DNA of 64,000 bases from Terriglobia bacterium (GTDB lineage: Bacteria; Acidobacteriota; Terriglobia; 20CM-2-55-15): the NCBI GenBank assembly GCA_963664115.2, contig CAXWPJ010000005.1:1-64000 (forward strand), written 5' to 3'. Shown here piece after piece: positions 8,574 through 20,404 of the stretch. The notes under the pieces were generated by a model. It ran no database searches. It saw nothing but the letters and a program-made list of their open reading frames with translations, and was not told where the DNA came from. Positions within the stretch are counted from its first letter, which is position 1; each line of letters begins with the position of its first letter. Position numbers and translations under genes: made by a program.

Positions 8574-11282
8574 ATGGAATCAGGCACGAAACTTGCGCAC
8601 TACGAAATTCTGTCCCCGCTTGGTAAAGGCGGCATGGGAGAAGTGTGGCGTGCGAAGGATACAAAGCTCGGTCGTGAAGTCGCCATCAAGACGTTGCCTG
8701 AAGAGTTCGCACAGGATGCGGATCGTCTAGCACGGTTCGAGCGTGAAGCTAAACTCTTAGCGTCGCTGAATCACCCAAACATTGCAGCCATTCACGGTTT
8801 TGAAGAAGACAACGGAACACACTTCCTTGTCATGGAGCTTGTTGAAGGCGACACGCTTGCTGATCGGTTGAAACGTGGTGCGATACCTGTAGAGGACTCC
8901 CTCAAACTAGCCCTCCAGATTACTGAAGCGTTGGAAGCTGCGCACGAAAAAGGCGTCATCCATAGAGACCTGAAACCAGCCAACATCAAAGTCACGCCCG
9001 ACGGGAAAGTGAAGGTGTTGGACTTTGGTCTCGCTAAGGCGTTTGCGGGAGATGAATCCGATGTCAGCGTGTCGAATTCACCCACGCTGAGCATGGCTGC
9101 GACCCAGCAAGGAATCATATTGGGTACAGCGGCATATATGTCGCCCGAACAGGCACGGGGCGAGACGACGGACAATCGTGCCGACATCTGGGCGTTTGGT
9201 TGCGTGTTGTTTGAGACGCTCACTGGGGAAAAGACGTGGACCGGGCGGACTGTCACGGACGTGATTGCGGCGTTGGTCGCCCGTGAGCCTGAATGGAAAC
9301 GTCTGCCTCCAAACCTGCATCCACGCATTCGGTTTCTTCTGGAACGCTGCTTAGAGAAAGAGTCCAAAGACCGACACCACGGCATTGACGAAGCGCGTTT
9401 GGAGATTCAGAAGGCCGTGGCTGAACCGGGTGTCGCATTGACGCAGCCCGTCGCGGGGCTTGCTCAACCGAGACCGCAGTCGAAACTACCGTCGGTTGCT
9501 GTATTCGCTGTGGGATTGGTAATCGCTGGTGTTGCCGTCTGGAACTTGAAGCCATCCGACCCACGTCCTGTCAGCCGATCAGAATATGTACTTCCAGAAG
9601 TCCGCAACTTTAGACAAACGGCGCGACCAGTCCTTACATTTTCTTCTGATGGCAGCAGATTCGTCTACAACGCAACGGGGGGGCTGTATTTGCGCTCTAT
9701 TGACGAACTAGAGTCCAGGGTCATTTCCGGAACGGAGGCCACGCTCGACAATCCGACTTTCTCGCCTGACGGTGAATGGTTAGCTTACTGGTCTGTAACG
9801 GACACTCAACTGAAGAAGATTGCCACTGTTGGCGGTGCCCCAGTGTCGTTAGCCGAGATTGCGGTCAGACCCTCTGGCATTAGTTGGGATGTGGATGATG
9901 CGATCTTGTACGGCGGGTCAGAAGGGATCATGCGTGTGTCTGCGAACGGGGGAGAGCCAGAACTGCTCATTCCGAATTTGGATGAAGGGCCCATTGTTGT
10001 GTATCCACACCTTCTACCCGATGGAAATGCCGTCCTTTTCGGGATCGCCGCTGGGCAGGTTGGGGTGCAATCACTCGATTCAGAAGAACCGCAGTTATTG
10101 TTCCCAGGAGAGCACCCTCGATATGTTTCCACAGGGCATATCATCTATTTCCAAGGGGGTGCGCTTTTCGCCCTTCCGTTTGACCTAGGGGCGCTGGAGG
10201 TAACGGGTGGGCCAGTTCCCCTAGTCGAAGGGGTTCGGGGGGGACCGCCGCAATATGCAGTGTCCGAATCGGGATCGCTTATCTACGTCCCAGGGGCAGG
10301 ATCAGACGCTGTTGCCAATGCGGTTCTTGCATGGGTGGATCGAAACGGAGCGCGGGAACCACTCCCCGTCCCGCCACGGCCTTATCGCCAACCGCAAATA
10401 TCGCCCGACGGGACGCGCCTGGCGGTTGAAGCCGTCGACGCCAGTGGCGACAGCGACATCTGGGTTTACGATCTCGACGGTAGCACGCAGATGAGACAAA
10501 TGACGGGAGAAGGGAACAACAGTCATCCCATCTGGACTCCTGATGGTGAACGATTGACGTTTGCCTCGGATCGGGACGGCCAGGTAAGAATCTACTGGCA
10601 ACTGGCCGACCTCAGTGGCGTCGCGGAGCCGCTGACCGAGCCCGAAGAAGGGCTGGAGCCAAGGCCGGACTCATGGGCCACCGATGGTCAGACTCTTGCG
10701 TTCACAAGGGGATCATCAATTGCCAGCGAGGGCGTATGGATATTTTCCCTCGATGATGGTGCCGTCACGGAAGTTTTCGCGGGGGGGAGCGTTCATCCTG
10801 GTTATTCTAATGCTGGTAGTCCTGCTTTTTCGCCGGACGGGCGATGGCTGGTGTATCGCAGGAACGTGGACGGCGAAGGCGGACAACTCTTTATGGAGCC
10901 GTTTCCAACCACGGGGACCGAATTCAGACTGACCCAGGACGGCGGGTCCGCTCCCATGTGGTCCCGTGACGGGCGGGAACTCTTCTACCGGCGGAATGCT
11001 CAGACGATTGCTGGGCTTGCAGCAGGAGCGCGGTCCCCGAACTTAATGGCTGTGGACATCTCACTCGAAGGCACACCGGAGTGGGGCAACCAGCGCGTCC
11101 TGCCGATTGAGAGTTTCCTGGTCTTCCAGGGTTCTGTGGACTACGACATCACTCCTAACGGCGAGCGATTCATCATGGTCTTCCCCTCAGACCAGACCGA
11201 ATCCGGCGAACCTGCCCGCCCCCGAATCAACATCGCCCTGAACTGGTTTGAAGAACTGAAGGAACGGGTGCCGGTGCCTTAA
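8574..11282 (+). CDS. Hanks-type Ser/Thr protein kinase with TM helix and TolB-like (PD40) beta-propellers
   Basis: [28 protein letters not shown]; repeated SPDG blades; ends NWFEELKERVPVP. Confidence 0.95.
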   Translation: MESGTKLAHYEILSPLGKGGMGEVWRAKDTKLGREVAIKTLPEEFAQDADRLARFEREAKLLASLNHPNIAAIHGFEEDNGTHFLVMELVEGDTLADRLKRGAIPVEDSLKLALQITEALEAAHEKGVIHRDLKPANIKVTPDGKVKVLDFGLAKAFAGDESDVSVSNSPTLSMAATQQGIILGTAAYMSPEQARGETTDNRADIWAFGCVLFETLTGEKTWTGRTVTDVIAALVAREPEWKRLPPNLHPRIRFLLERCLEKESKDRHHGIDEARLEIQKAVAEPGVALTQPVAGLAQPRPQSKLPSVAVFAVGLVIAGVAVWNLKPSDPRPVSRSEYVLPEVRNFRQTARPVLTFSSDGSRFVYNATGGLYLRSIDELESRVISGTEATLDNPTFSPDGEWLAYWSVTDTQLKKIATVGGAPVSLAEIAVRPSGISWDVDDAILYGGSEGIMRVSANGGEPELLIPNLDEGPIVVYPHLLPDGNAVLFGIAAGQVGVQSLDSEEPQLLFPGEHPRYVSTGHIIYFQGGALFALPFDLGALEVTGGPVPLVEGVRGGPPQYAVSESGSLIYVPGAGSDAVANAVLAWVDRNGAREPLPVPPRPYRQPQISPDGTRLAVEAVDASGDSDIWVYDLDGSTQMRQMTGEGNNSHPIWTPDGERLTFASDRDGQVRIYWQLADLSGVAEPLTEPEEGLEPRPDSWATDGQTLAFTRGSSIASEGVWIFSLDDGAVTEVFAGGSVHPGYSNAGSPAFSPDGRWLVYRRNVDGEGGQLFMEPFPTTGTEFRLTQDGGSAPMWSRDGRELFYRRNAQTIAGLAAGARSPNLMAVDISLEGTPEWGNQRVLPIESFLVFQGSVDYDITPNGERFIMVFPSDQTESGEPARPRINIALNWFEELKERVPVP

Positions 11283-11291
11283 TTTTCGAGT

Positions 11292-11320
11292 TCAAGTCAT
11301 CTTCCCGGACGTTGAGAATT
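11292..11320 (+). repeat. Putative recombination site with 10-bp internal deletion
   Basis: TCAAGTC[CTGAGAAATC missing]ATCTTCCCGGACGTTGAGAATT; 9 nt after the kinase stop. Confidence 0.7.
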
Positions 11321-11569
11321 CCCACCTAGAAATTCCGGACTGAAAAATCGGCGCCCATTCCTGACTAAGGGTCTAGGAGTCCCTTTCGATTTGGGTCCCA
11401 TTAAGGTTTGTTTTCTATGTACAGGGGGTCCTAACCACCTTGTTATGAATTTCGACTTCGCATTTTCGAAGTTAGTGGGACGTTTCTGGCCACGAAAAGG
11501 GGTATATAGCTAGAATTGTCAGAGCTTATGAGTCTCGAGATCGTTCTCTGGCTTTTGGCTTTCGTGTTT

Positions 11570-12954
11570 GAGTTATTGTCAAAAGTGGTGTTTAGGAGAT
11601 TGATTCAAGCGGCGGCCTGATCGACTTGTGTCGCTTCGACACCATCGTTGAATTTCACTCCGATGATTACCTTGCTCAGATCATCGAATCCTCGTAATCG
11701 TCGCCAATTGTTCTCAGCGCACTGGCCCAGTTTGAACATCATGTGCAGCATGCCATCCCGTGTCAGGCAACCTCTGGATCGCTTCGTTCGGTGTCGAATG
11801 GTGGCAAAGGTCGACTCAATGGGATTCGTCGTTCTGATGCTCTGCCAGTGCTTGGCCGGAAAGTCGTAAAAGGCCAGCAGTTCCTCTCTGTCTTTCTGCA
11901 GGCAGAGTGTGGCTTTCGGATACTTCGGTTCATAGGTTTCAATGAACAAGTCGAATGCCTTCTCGGCGTCTGCCTTCGTCTCGGCCTGCCAGATCGAGTG
12001 CAGGGCCTGTTTCGCCTTCGCCTGGACCGACTTGGGCAGGCAGTTGAGGACGTTCATGACTTTGTGCATCCAGCAACGTTGTTGACGTGTCTCGGGATAG
12101 ATTTCCTCCAGTGCGGCCCAGAACCCCATCGCACCGTCACCGATGGCCAACTTCGGAACATTCATCCCACGGGACTTCAGCTTCAACAAGACCTCGCGCC
12201 AACTCTGTGTCGATTCCCGTACACCGTCTTCGATCGCCAGGAAACGCTTCTCTCCGCGTTCATTCACGCCGATCACGACCAATGCACACAACTTGGTTTG
12301 TTCCGCCCGAAGTCCGCTGTAGATGCCGTCGGCCCAGACATAGACCCAGCGATCTGCATCCAAACGCTCCTCGCATCCGAGGCGGTACTGTTCGCCCCAA
12401 ACCTGTTTCAACCGCGATACCGTGCTCGCCGACAGACCCTGCGCCTGGGGACCGACAAGAACTTTTAGGGCCTCACCCATCTCGCCGCTGGAAACGCCTT
12501 TCAAATACAACCACGGCACCGCTGCTTCCAGCGACTTCGTCTTCCGAATGTACGGTGGTACCAGGGCCGATCGGAACGTCACAGCTTCGCCCGTCTTGGC
12601 ACGGACCTTCGGGATTTGGACTGTTACCGGACCCAATCCCGTCTGCAGTTCGCGTTCCGGCAGATAACCGTTGCGTACCACCCCGGCGTTTCCTGTCTCA
12701 GTTCGCCGGCCACCGTGCTGGGATAGCAGCTCTGCCAATTCGGCTTCCACTGCGCGTTGGATCAGTTGCTGTGCCCCAACTCGTAGTAGTTCTGTTACTG
12801 GATCCTCAATCGTTTCTCGACCTTCCGGTCCATTCACGTTACTCTTGCTCACAGTGGCGTATCTCCTATGGTTGCTTTGAAGTTTTGTCACAACAAATCA
12901 ACCAGATACGCCGCTCTTATTCAATCCCTCAAACACCAGATTCGGTTATAACTC
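11570..12954 (-). mobile_element. IS256-family element, copy 1
   Basis: Imperfect TIRs GAGTTAT...TGGTGTTT. No matching target duplication (flanks TCGTGTTT vs CGCTATGA). Confidence 0.88.
11605..12891 (-). CDS. IS256-family transposase
   Basis: RNGY, WADGIY, IGDGAMG, QRCWMH, RTTNPIES motifs. Confidence 0.92.
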   Translation of the reverse strand: MTKLQSNHRRYATVSKSNVNGPEGRETIEDPVTELLRVGAQQLIQRAVEAELAELLSQHGGRRTETGNAGVVRNGYLPERELQTGLGPVTVQIPKVRAKTGEAVTFRSALVPPYIRKTKSLEAAVPWLYLKGVSSGEMGEALKVLVGPQAQGLSASTVSRLKQVWGEQYRLGCEERLDADRWVYVWADGIYSGLRAEQTKLCALVVIGVNERGEKRFLAIEDGVRESTQSWREVLLKLKSRGMNVPKLAIGDGAMGFWAALEEIYPETRQQRCWMHKVMNVLNCLPKSVQAKAKQALHSIWQAETKADAEKAFDLFIETYEPKYPKATLCLQKDREELLAFYDFPAKHWQSIRTTNPIESTFATIRHRTKRSRGCLTRDGMLHMMFKLGQCAENNWRRLRGFDDLSKVIIGVKFNDGVEATQVDQAAA

Positions 12955-14193
12955 CGCTATGATATCTAATGGATCTAATTGGGATGATTCCAGCCAACAG
13001 GGTGCCGGAGGTGAAGATGGCAGATGACAGACTGCTTTTAACGATTCCAAGACGTTCCCAGCCTTGTTACGAGTCGGTCTGAACGGCTGAAGTCCATCTT
13101 TCGTTATGCATTCAGATACCTCTAGGAATAAGTAGATCGCGGCCTTAATTGTGTTTTCGTCCACCTCCTCATAGACACCTTCCTGCCGACGGTAGCGATA
13201 GAACACTCCGGCCTGATAGTGCAACGCTTGGATGCCGTCCACTAGGTAGTGGTGCTCGACGAATTTACGGGCACTGGGCATGGGATCCTGAGGATCGAGA
13301 ATCAGCGGCTTACCGTCGGAGCCAGTAACCGGAAGCCCAGGAACATCGGTCACGCCATGCTCAAGAAGGATCTTCCGCAGGGTACCCGCACCGATGTTGT
13401 CTGGACGGCCCGCCTTCAGCGAGCGCCAGCGTGTCTGATTTTTCGAAGCTGCGTTTCGATACTCTGGATCTGAAGTCGACCACGCATTGAACACTGATTC
13501 ACCTTGCCCCCGGGTGGCTTCGTGTGCTGCGGCCATGAGTCGAAACCAATCGTCGTGCTCGCGAAATTCACAAACGTCCAATCCGTTTAGCGCTTCCTCA
13601 AGCTGTTCGGGAGTCCACTCCGCACGACTGAGTTTCTTGCCACCAAGACGTCCTTTCCCGCCGGAACTCCCTTTCCTGATCAGCAAGAGAAGGCTTTCAG
13701 GCACCTGAGGAGCAGGGAAATTCCCGCCTAGTGAATCCCACTCGTACAGCTTCCCTTTTGGTCCCACGCTTCCGGAAGCCACGACTTGCGCACCAAAGGA
13801 CAGGAAATCAATTCCAGGGAGATCTTTCAGCGATCGCGACACTACCTCCCCCTCGGGAATCGAAAGGTACAAATGAAATCCTCCACCCGGGGTGTTAACC
13901 CGTGGACATTCTTCGAAGTCTAGGCCACACCGTTTTTTGAGTTCCTCAAAGGAGTCCCGCCCCTCTGGGAAATTTCTCGGATCGACGTCAATGACGAAAT
14001 CGATTGGACGTAGTCGCACCCCCACATTCCAGCCACGGACTTCTAAGTGTTCACGTGCTTCGACTTCGGTCAGACCAGCGACAGTGGTCCACCTCTTGTC
14101 GAGAGGCCTTTTCGACAGATAGCCTAACCGGATCAATATGTAACCGTTGACTATCAAGAGCTTCAACTGATCGAATATGGTTCTTGTAGTCAT
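12955..14193 (-). pseudogene. Bifunctional primase-polymerase / PriCT-2 / D5-like protein, truncated by IS256
   Basis: NVG...IDVD...TPGGGFHLY prim-pol motifs and W...WS PriCT-2 region. The reading frame runs into the IS256 end before any helicase P-loop. Confidence 0.75.
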
Positions 14194-14471
14194 ACTCGCC
14201 CCTCCGCCATACGGCCCCGGAGCCATTCCTCAATTTCTGCGCGCGAGAAGACGACACGCCCGGGCGACAGACTGATGGGATGTGGAAATCGTGAGGCTGG
14301 ACTTCTGCGAAGGCGCCACAAGGTGGGCTTACTAAGATTCGTTAATTCGCAAACCTTGCTGATGGATAGAAACTGAAGCCGCTCGGTTCTCCAGGACAAG
14401 AACTCCAACTCTGCGGACTCATGCTTGATAAGAGGCTCGACTTCCGTAACGATCGGCTTTCTATTGGCCAT
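14190..14471 (-). CDS. AlpA-family regulator / excisionase
   Basis: FLSISKVCELTNLSKPTLWRL...FPHPISL...VVFSRAEIEEW; ATGA overlap with the primase. Confidence 0.8.
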   Translation of the reverse strand: MANRKPIVTEVEPLIKHESAELEFLSWRTERLQFLSISKVCELTNLSKPTLWRLRRSPASRFPHPISLSPGRVVFSRAEIEEWLRGRMAEGRV

Positions 14472-14875
14472 TCCGAATCTCCTCAGCAGAGGACTCGCGC
14501 TGCTGATGGTTAGCCTGTTCTTGCTTTTGAGATAACGCGGCTTCGAGATCTTCAACGAAAGAATTTCCGCATCCATCCGCCGTTGAATTGAAGGTGGCCC
14601 GGCTCACGCCGGGCGTGTGTTCCACTTCACGAGGGGAAAGAAGTTGACAGATCTGCTTGGTTGCGCGCGGTGCGATTGGTCGAAATTTCATATTTAAAGA
14701 ATATCGACCAACGGCAATTCGATAAACGGGGGGAAAATTGAGTGCTTTAACCTTCCCTCCAGGGGAGAGTTCTCAGCTGCTCATTCAATTGACAAATCGC
14801 TTCGAATTCGTTGCGGGACATCAACACAGACACGTCTAGAAGGGTTTCCGCTGTTTTCAGGCCGTCTCTTACTAG

Positions 14876-16724
14876 TCCCAAAACAAGCGCATAACCAGTC
14901 CGCCGAGGCCCAGTTCGCGCCGATAGAATTCGAGGCATAGAATCCCGTTCCCGGATGGCCTGTTCCAGGTATCGAGTTTCTGTTGAATCTGTTTCAGTTC
15001 AGCCTCGCTGGTGTTGGACGGTTGACAGAAACCGGGACCTCGATCGCCCGGGCTCAGAGTCATGATCGGGTCAACATCGCAGAGGCTGACGCAACACATC
15101 CACCCCGCGGAACAAGACCGGCAACCACCGGTTCCAGGCCAGGATCCGGAACAGAATGCGCCGCCCGGTGCGCACGAGTTGGCACGGCACAAGCATGAAA
15201 GCGTTCAAGAAGGTTTTGAACTCCATGCGCAGCACGGTTTGCTTCTCAGCCTGATATTTTTGGCCCCAACGTCCGGTTTCGGGAAGCAGCAATGCAAACC
15301 ACGCTTTCAGTGTCCAGGCCAGTGACGCGATCACCATGTAGGCCCAGTTGCTGGTCTGATCTCCGACCGGCATCCGCAACGCCTGAACGCCGTTCTTCAA
15401 CTGCTCAATGAGATTCTCCTGATTGCACCGTTGATTGGCACGCATCACAATCTGGTCGGCCGGATCCGAACGGTTGGTAATGTAGAAGAAGTACCGGATG
15501 TCGTCAAACAACACCTGCTCTCCTTTGGCCACCGACAGATTCTTCCGCACCACGACGACACGGTAGTCCCGATCGCAGGCTCCGGGTCGATACCGAAACT
15601 CGGCCACATCCTCACCCTGCAAGCGGATATTGTCGAAACCGCGCTGCCGAACGATCTCTTCCTTCACGTTGTCGGGACGTTGGCGCGGTTCGGTCGCCAC
15701 GTCGTATTTCGCGGGCCGTTCCAGGCGCTTCCACTGGCGCGGCTCCAGTTCATCGGCCCGGGCCTTCAGGTTCGCCATCGCGTCAATCCCGAATATGAAA
15801 CCCACCTGCTGGTCGTCCCATCCGTCCAGATGCCGGGTCTGGCTGAAGTCCGTGTCCCCGCGCAGCAGGATCTGGCGAAACCCCGCATGCCGGCACAATG
15901 CGATGGCTTGGTCGAACCGGACCGCGGCTCCTTCATGCGACGGCCGGTTGCCGCTACGATTGACCAGATACAGCGGTTCGGCGGTGTTGGCCAGCGAGAT
16001 CATCAGCGGGTGATATCCCCACGTCCCGTCGTAGGCCACGTCCATCCCTTGCTTGCATTCCCCCGTGGTTTCGGCCAGTGTCCCGTCCGCGTCCAACACC
16101 GCTTCTTCGAAAAACGCCGCCGGTTGCTGTCGCCAGACTCCGAGCCGGACTTGATTGGTTGCCTCCATCAGACACTCCACGTCGTCGGCCTCGAATCTCC
16201 GGCAGAAGTCTCCCGCCGTCGTCGGATCCGGAATCCGTTGCGCTCCCAGCGCATCCAGATACACCGCATCGTTGCGCCGCAGTTCGATGTCTTCCAGGCA
16301 CGTTCCTCCGCTCAAGGCGTTGTAGGCGATGTTCAGCACGTGATCCGACTCGTGATACGGCAGGTGCCGCTTCAACACATGCACGCCCTTGTCGATGGCT
16401 TCGATCAGCCCGGTCCGCCGCGCCACCAGTTGCATCGTCCCGATACCACCAACCGATGTGCCCCGCGTCCGCTCTCCCATCTCGTACTGAATGTTGCTCG
16501 CCGAAAACATCGGCTCTACCTGATCCGTCCAATGCCGGTCCCCAAGCCGACGTTCGATTCGCCGCTTGCGGTTCCTCATGTTCTTGCGCGTATAATCGTT
16601 CATCTGAAATGCCTCCTTTTCCGAAGAATCTGTTCAAGGTTTTTTTCGCACGGAGACGGGGCATTTCGGGTACTTCCGCTCTTATTGCACTATCATTTCC
16701 TCGTCAATCACGCTTGTTCAGGGA
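14876..16724 (-). mobile_element. IS1380-family element, copy 2 (transposase 15071-16603)
   Basis: Same 510-aa protein as copy 1; CTAG on both flanks. Confidence 0.9.
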
Positions 16725-17388
16725 CTAGTGACCGACAGTCGCAGCCGTAACGGCCGAACGTTCTGCGATGGCTCCTGTTCTTGTGATTTTCTCGGGCTAT
16801 GTCTGCTAGCCTTCGGCCCCCAAAATAGAGATCGTACAACCATCGGGCAGCTCTCTCCAGCTCATCACCTCCATTGCGCGGTTTTCGTTGATGGAATATC
16901 TTCCTAATTTCCTGCTCTGTCAAATGAGACGCGCCTCGCTCGGGCCACATGGCTGACGAAATCATTTTCCCTTCCATCGTGATTTCATTCGGCTCTATTC
17001 CGTGCATTTTATCGTCCACTTCATTGACGAACCGGCCGACCAAGTCCGCGGTGAAATACGACCACCGCTCTCCGAATTTGTCCCTCAAGACACCACCGAT
17101 GTCTTCAAAGAGCGCTGTAAATTCATCAGGAAGACCACGTATGACAGCGTCACATATATCAGTCCAATCGTCAGAGTCATGAGCATCTTTAACGGAACGC
17201 TTGATCATACGAGCAACACACTTTGAGCGATTGGAATGCCACTTCTTGAACAAGCCACCAATTTGCTCATCTTCTAATCGCAATATTCTGAGCAGAGATT
17301 GGCGTACGACATTGTGCTGAAGAATCTGCGACGGCGGATCCATTACCTCGCGATGCTCGGTCAGAATGGTTATGGGGCTGTCCATAGT
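16725..17388 (-). CDS. Hypothetical protein of integrative element 1, 3' end interrupted by IS1380
   Basis: Long ORF reading into the IS1380 end; weak C-terminal HTH-like segment. Confidence 0.45.
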
Positions 17389-17623
17389 GATTCCTTTATT
17401 AAGGTTAAATGGTGTTTCGTTCGACTCAGAGCTCCACAACGATTTAGCACGTGGGCTGCTCGCCTCGAGACATACTTGTATCCCAAAGACAACTCGAAAA
17501 ATATCAACTTTTGCAACTTCGTCTAGTAAAGGGGGGAAGCTCTGAATTACCGAGGAGGATCGTCTACAGCAGGTGTTTCTTCAAACGCACATCCGATCTA
17601 TCGCAACGGGCAGTTCTTGCAGC

Positions 17624-18820
17624 TCATGCGACGATGCCTACTAGCCGACAGGCCCACAGTTCAAGTGCTTCTCTCTTCTCTTGATCGTAGCTGTGCCGAT
17701 CGTAAACGGCAGTCACTCCAGGTTCTGCATGGTTCAAGATACGACCAACAACGAGACGGGGTATTCCCATGCTAGTCATATACGAGGCAGCGGTCCGTCG
17801 CAGATCGTGGGCGCGAAAATCGTTGACTCCATTGTCATCCTCCTCAAGCTTGGCATTCTGGCGGATGCGCTGAGCGGCTTTCTGCAACTCTTTGATGTGC
17901 CCCTTTCCTCGGGGCGCATAGAAAACGAACGGGGATTCGCGCTTGGTCTCATTCCTTAAAATCGATTGCTCCCGTCGAAGAGTCTCTAAGATCCGTAAGG
18001 AACCGTCGGTTATCGGGACCCGATGTGATCGTCCGTTCTTCGCGACCTCAGCAGGGATCGTCCACCACACTTGGTCTTCCTCTTCTGCGATGTCGACCCA
18101 GCGCATTGACGCCACTTCCCCGCCCCTTTGAGCCGTGAAGAACCGAAGCTTGTACATCGAGGACATGAGCAAGGGCTCCTGCTCGATGCCGTTCCAGATC
18201 TTCTTGATTTCGTTTTCCGACAGAACTCTGGTCCTGGACGTGTCTCGAGCCGGCTTTGGAATGTTTAAGCAAGGATTGCTATCGACCAGATCCACACCGA
18301 TGGCCCAGTTGTAGATCTTCCGCATGCAGGCGAGAACGCGGTTGGCCATGACGGTCTCACCCATCTCTTCGAGCATCGCGCGAACGTCCCGACGTTTCAC
18401 ATCTGCGGCACGGATATGCTCAAAACGTGGCAGGAAATATCGATTAATAATCCGCTGGTCTTCTCGCCAGCTTTTCTTCCGTTTCTTCGCCCAACGCTCC
18501 ATGTAGTCAGCGGCAAGTTCGCCAAAGGTCTCAGCTGTTCGCTCTTCCTTCTTCTGGGCTGCGGGATCTTCTCCTTTCGCTGCAGCGCGCAACGCATCAC
18601 GAGCCTCGTCTCTCGCAGCTACAAGTGACCAGCGATCGGTGGTCCCGATCGTGTACCGCCTCAGTCTCCTCCCGTGGCGATACATGACCGAAAAGGTCTT
18701 AACGCCTTTCGTCGTTACGCTGATACAGAATCCTGGCAGATTGGTATCGAAGTAATAGACCCGCTCTGGCTTGGGTTTCAAGGCCGCGACAGACCTTGCG
18801 GTTAGGTTGAGCTTCGCCAT
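17624..18820 (-). CDS. P4-like tyrosine integrase with arm-binding domain
   Basis: N-terminal YYFD...GF...KTF arm domain; TAQRGGE, KNG, HDLRRT, LNH, VY catalytic residues. Adjacent to a tRNA fragment. Confidence 0.92.
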   Translation of the reverse strand: MAKLNLTARSVAALKPKPERVYYFDTNLPGFCISVTTKGVKTFSVMYRHGRRLRRYTIGTTDRWSLVAARDEARDALRAAAKGEDPAAQKKEERTAETFGELAADYMERWAKKRKKSWREDQRIINRYFLPRFEHIRAADVKRRDVRAMLEEMGETVMANRVLACMRKIYNWAIGVDLVDSNPCLNIPKPARDTSRTRVLSENEIKKIWNGIEQEPLLMSSMYKLRFFTAQRGGEVASMRWVDIAEEEDQVWWTIPAEVAKNGRSHRVPITDGSLRILETLRREQSILRNETKRESPFVFYAPRGKGHIKELQKAAQRIRQNAKLEEDDNGVNDFRAHDLRRTAASYMTSMGIPRLVVGRILNHAEPGVTAVYDRHSYDQEKREALELWACRLVGIVA

Positions 18821-18857
18821 ATTCCAAATCTCCTCCGAGGCATCTCCAAACGCTCTT

Positions 18858-18877
18858 GGAGTAACACTGGAGTAACA
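18858..18877 (+). repeat. Integrase arm-type direct repeats (GGAGTAACA x2)
   Basis: The same tandem 9-mer occurs on the minus strand at 63738-63758, next to the tRNA. Confidence 0.65.
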
Positions 18878-18996
18878 GTATCATGGAAACTTGGTGAAAT
18901 ACATAGAAGCCGATTGAGAGCCGTAATACGTTTAAATACAATAGATAGTAGAGCGTTAGCGTTTCAGGAGGTTTCAACAGAATTCAGGAATCGATT

Positions 18997-19043
18997 ACTC
19001 TTAATCAGTAGGTTCGCGGTTCGATTCCGCGAGGGCTCACTTT
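18997..19043 (+). repeat. att core: 3' half of tRNA-Lys(CTT)
   Basis: ACTCTTAATCAGTAGGTTCGCGGTTCGATTCCGCGAGGGCTCACTTT is identical to the 3' part of the tRNA at 63809-63881, in the opposite orientation. Confidence 0.9.
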
Positions 19044-20144
19044 CTATTTCAACAACTTAGATCGGTTCAGTGAGCCTTCGTTTTGCCGCTGTGCAGTTTT
19101 TGTGTCAGTTCGGTAGGCAGTATCGAGGGTTTTGATGGAACGAGTGTTGTGGTCTGGGCTCAGGTGGGCATAACGCATCGTCATGGTGAGACTGGCATGT
19201 CCAAGCAGTTCCTGGACGGTCCGGATATCCACTCCACTCATCACCAGATGACTGGCGAAGGTGTGTCGTAAGTCGTGGAATCTCAGGTCGGCGATGCCTG
19301 CTTTCTCAACCAATCTGCGAAAAACCGGATTGAAGTCGACCATCGGGCGGCCTGGTTTGACGCGTGAAGGAAAGACATAACCCCTTTGAAATCGTGAGGG
19401 ATGGACTTTCAAAGTTTCGTGCAACGTATCGTTCATTGGGATCTTTCGAGACTTGCCGCTTTTGGACTCACTCACGACAATGATGCGATTCCTAAAATCG
19501 ACTTCCGACCATTTGAGATTCAGCAGCTCACCCCGTCTCATGCCACTGTGCAGGGCTGTTAAGAGGATAGGGCGGAACTGATTACTCGCTGTTGTAAGCA
19601 AGCACTCGATCTCATCTTGTTCCAAGTACCTTGTCCTTCCAGTGGGTTCCCGAAGCTTCTCCACAGAAGCCGCAGGGTTCTGATCAATAAGGCCCCACTT
19701 CACACCCCTGTTGAACATTGATTTGAGCATTGCGAGATGACGGTTTCTGGTGGATGCGGCGATGTTGAGTTCATCTGTCCTGCAATTCAGGAAAGCCTCG
19801 ATGTCCTCCTGATTCATATCCTTCAGCGGCTTATTGCCAAAATAGTCCTTCCAGATGTTGACCATTGATTCAAGCCCGTTGAACCGCACATGTCTGCCAC
19901 GTCTATCCCAAAAACGTTCACAGAGTTCATGGAACGCCACCTTGGAAACCTTCTTTACGTCCAGTTGCCGGTTCTCAGCAACCTGAGTCTTACGCTTATC
20001 CAGTATCGCCCTCGCTAACTTCTTCTCAGTTGTGCCCGTGCTCTACCGACGGATGTCTCCGCTTTGATCAGCGTAACGAATCCACCAGTGCGGCGATCCA
20101 GGACGCTGGAAGAGGCCCTTAATTTTTCGGGTCGGTTTTGACAT
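19044..20144 (-). pseudogene. Tyrosine integrase of integrative element 2, with in-frame TAG at codon 34
   Basis: AGGAGG RBS and ATG at 20144 in frame with ORF 19044-19940 (GMRRGE, HDLRHT, LGH, RY); TAG at 20043-20045. Confidence 0.8.
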
Positions 20145-20159
20145 TCATCTACCTCCTTT

Positions 20160-20384
20160 CTATTGCTGTCCAGACTTGAGTAACAAGCACTCGACTGCCA
20201 AATCGACAACCTTCGGCGGTTTGAGATCGCCGCGCTCCCAACGGGCCACGGTGTTGGTCGCCACGCCGAGCTTGTCGGCAAGCCTCGCCTGGCTCACCCC
20301 GAGTTCCAGGCGCAGTCGCTTGATCCGTCTGGGCGAGCCTTTGACGATCTGTCGATGCTTACTAAATATACAGATAGTATACAT
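20160..20384 (-). CDS. XRE-family HTH regulator
   Basis: LRLELGVSQARLADKLGVATNTVARWERG; start codon uncertain. Confidence 0.75.
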   Translation of the reverse strand: MYTICIFSKHRQIVKGSPRRIKRLRLELGVSQARLADKLGVATNTVARWERGDLKPPKVVDLAVECLLLKSGQQ

Positions 20385-20404
20385 ATACGTTTCGTATAGT
20401 CTAG

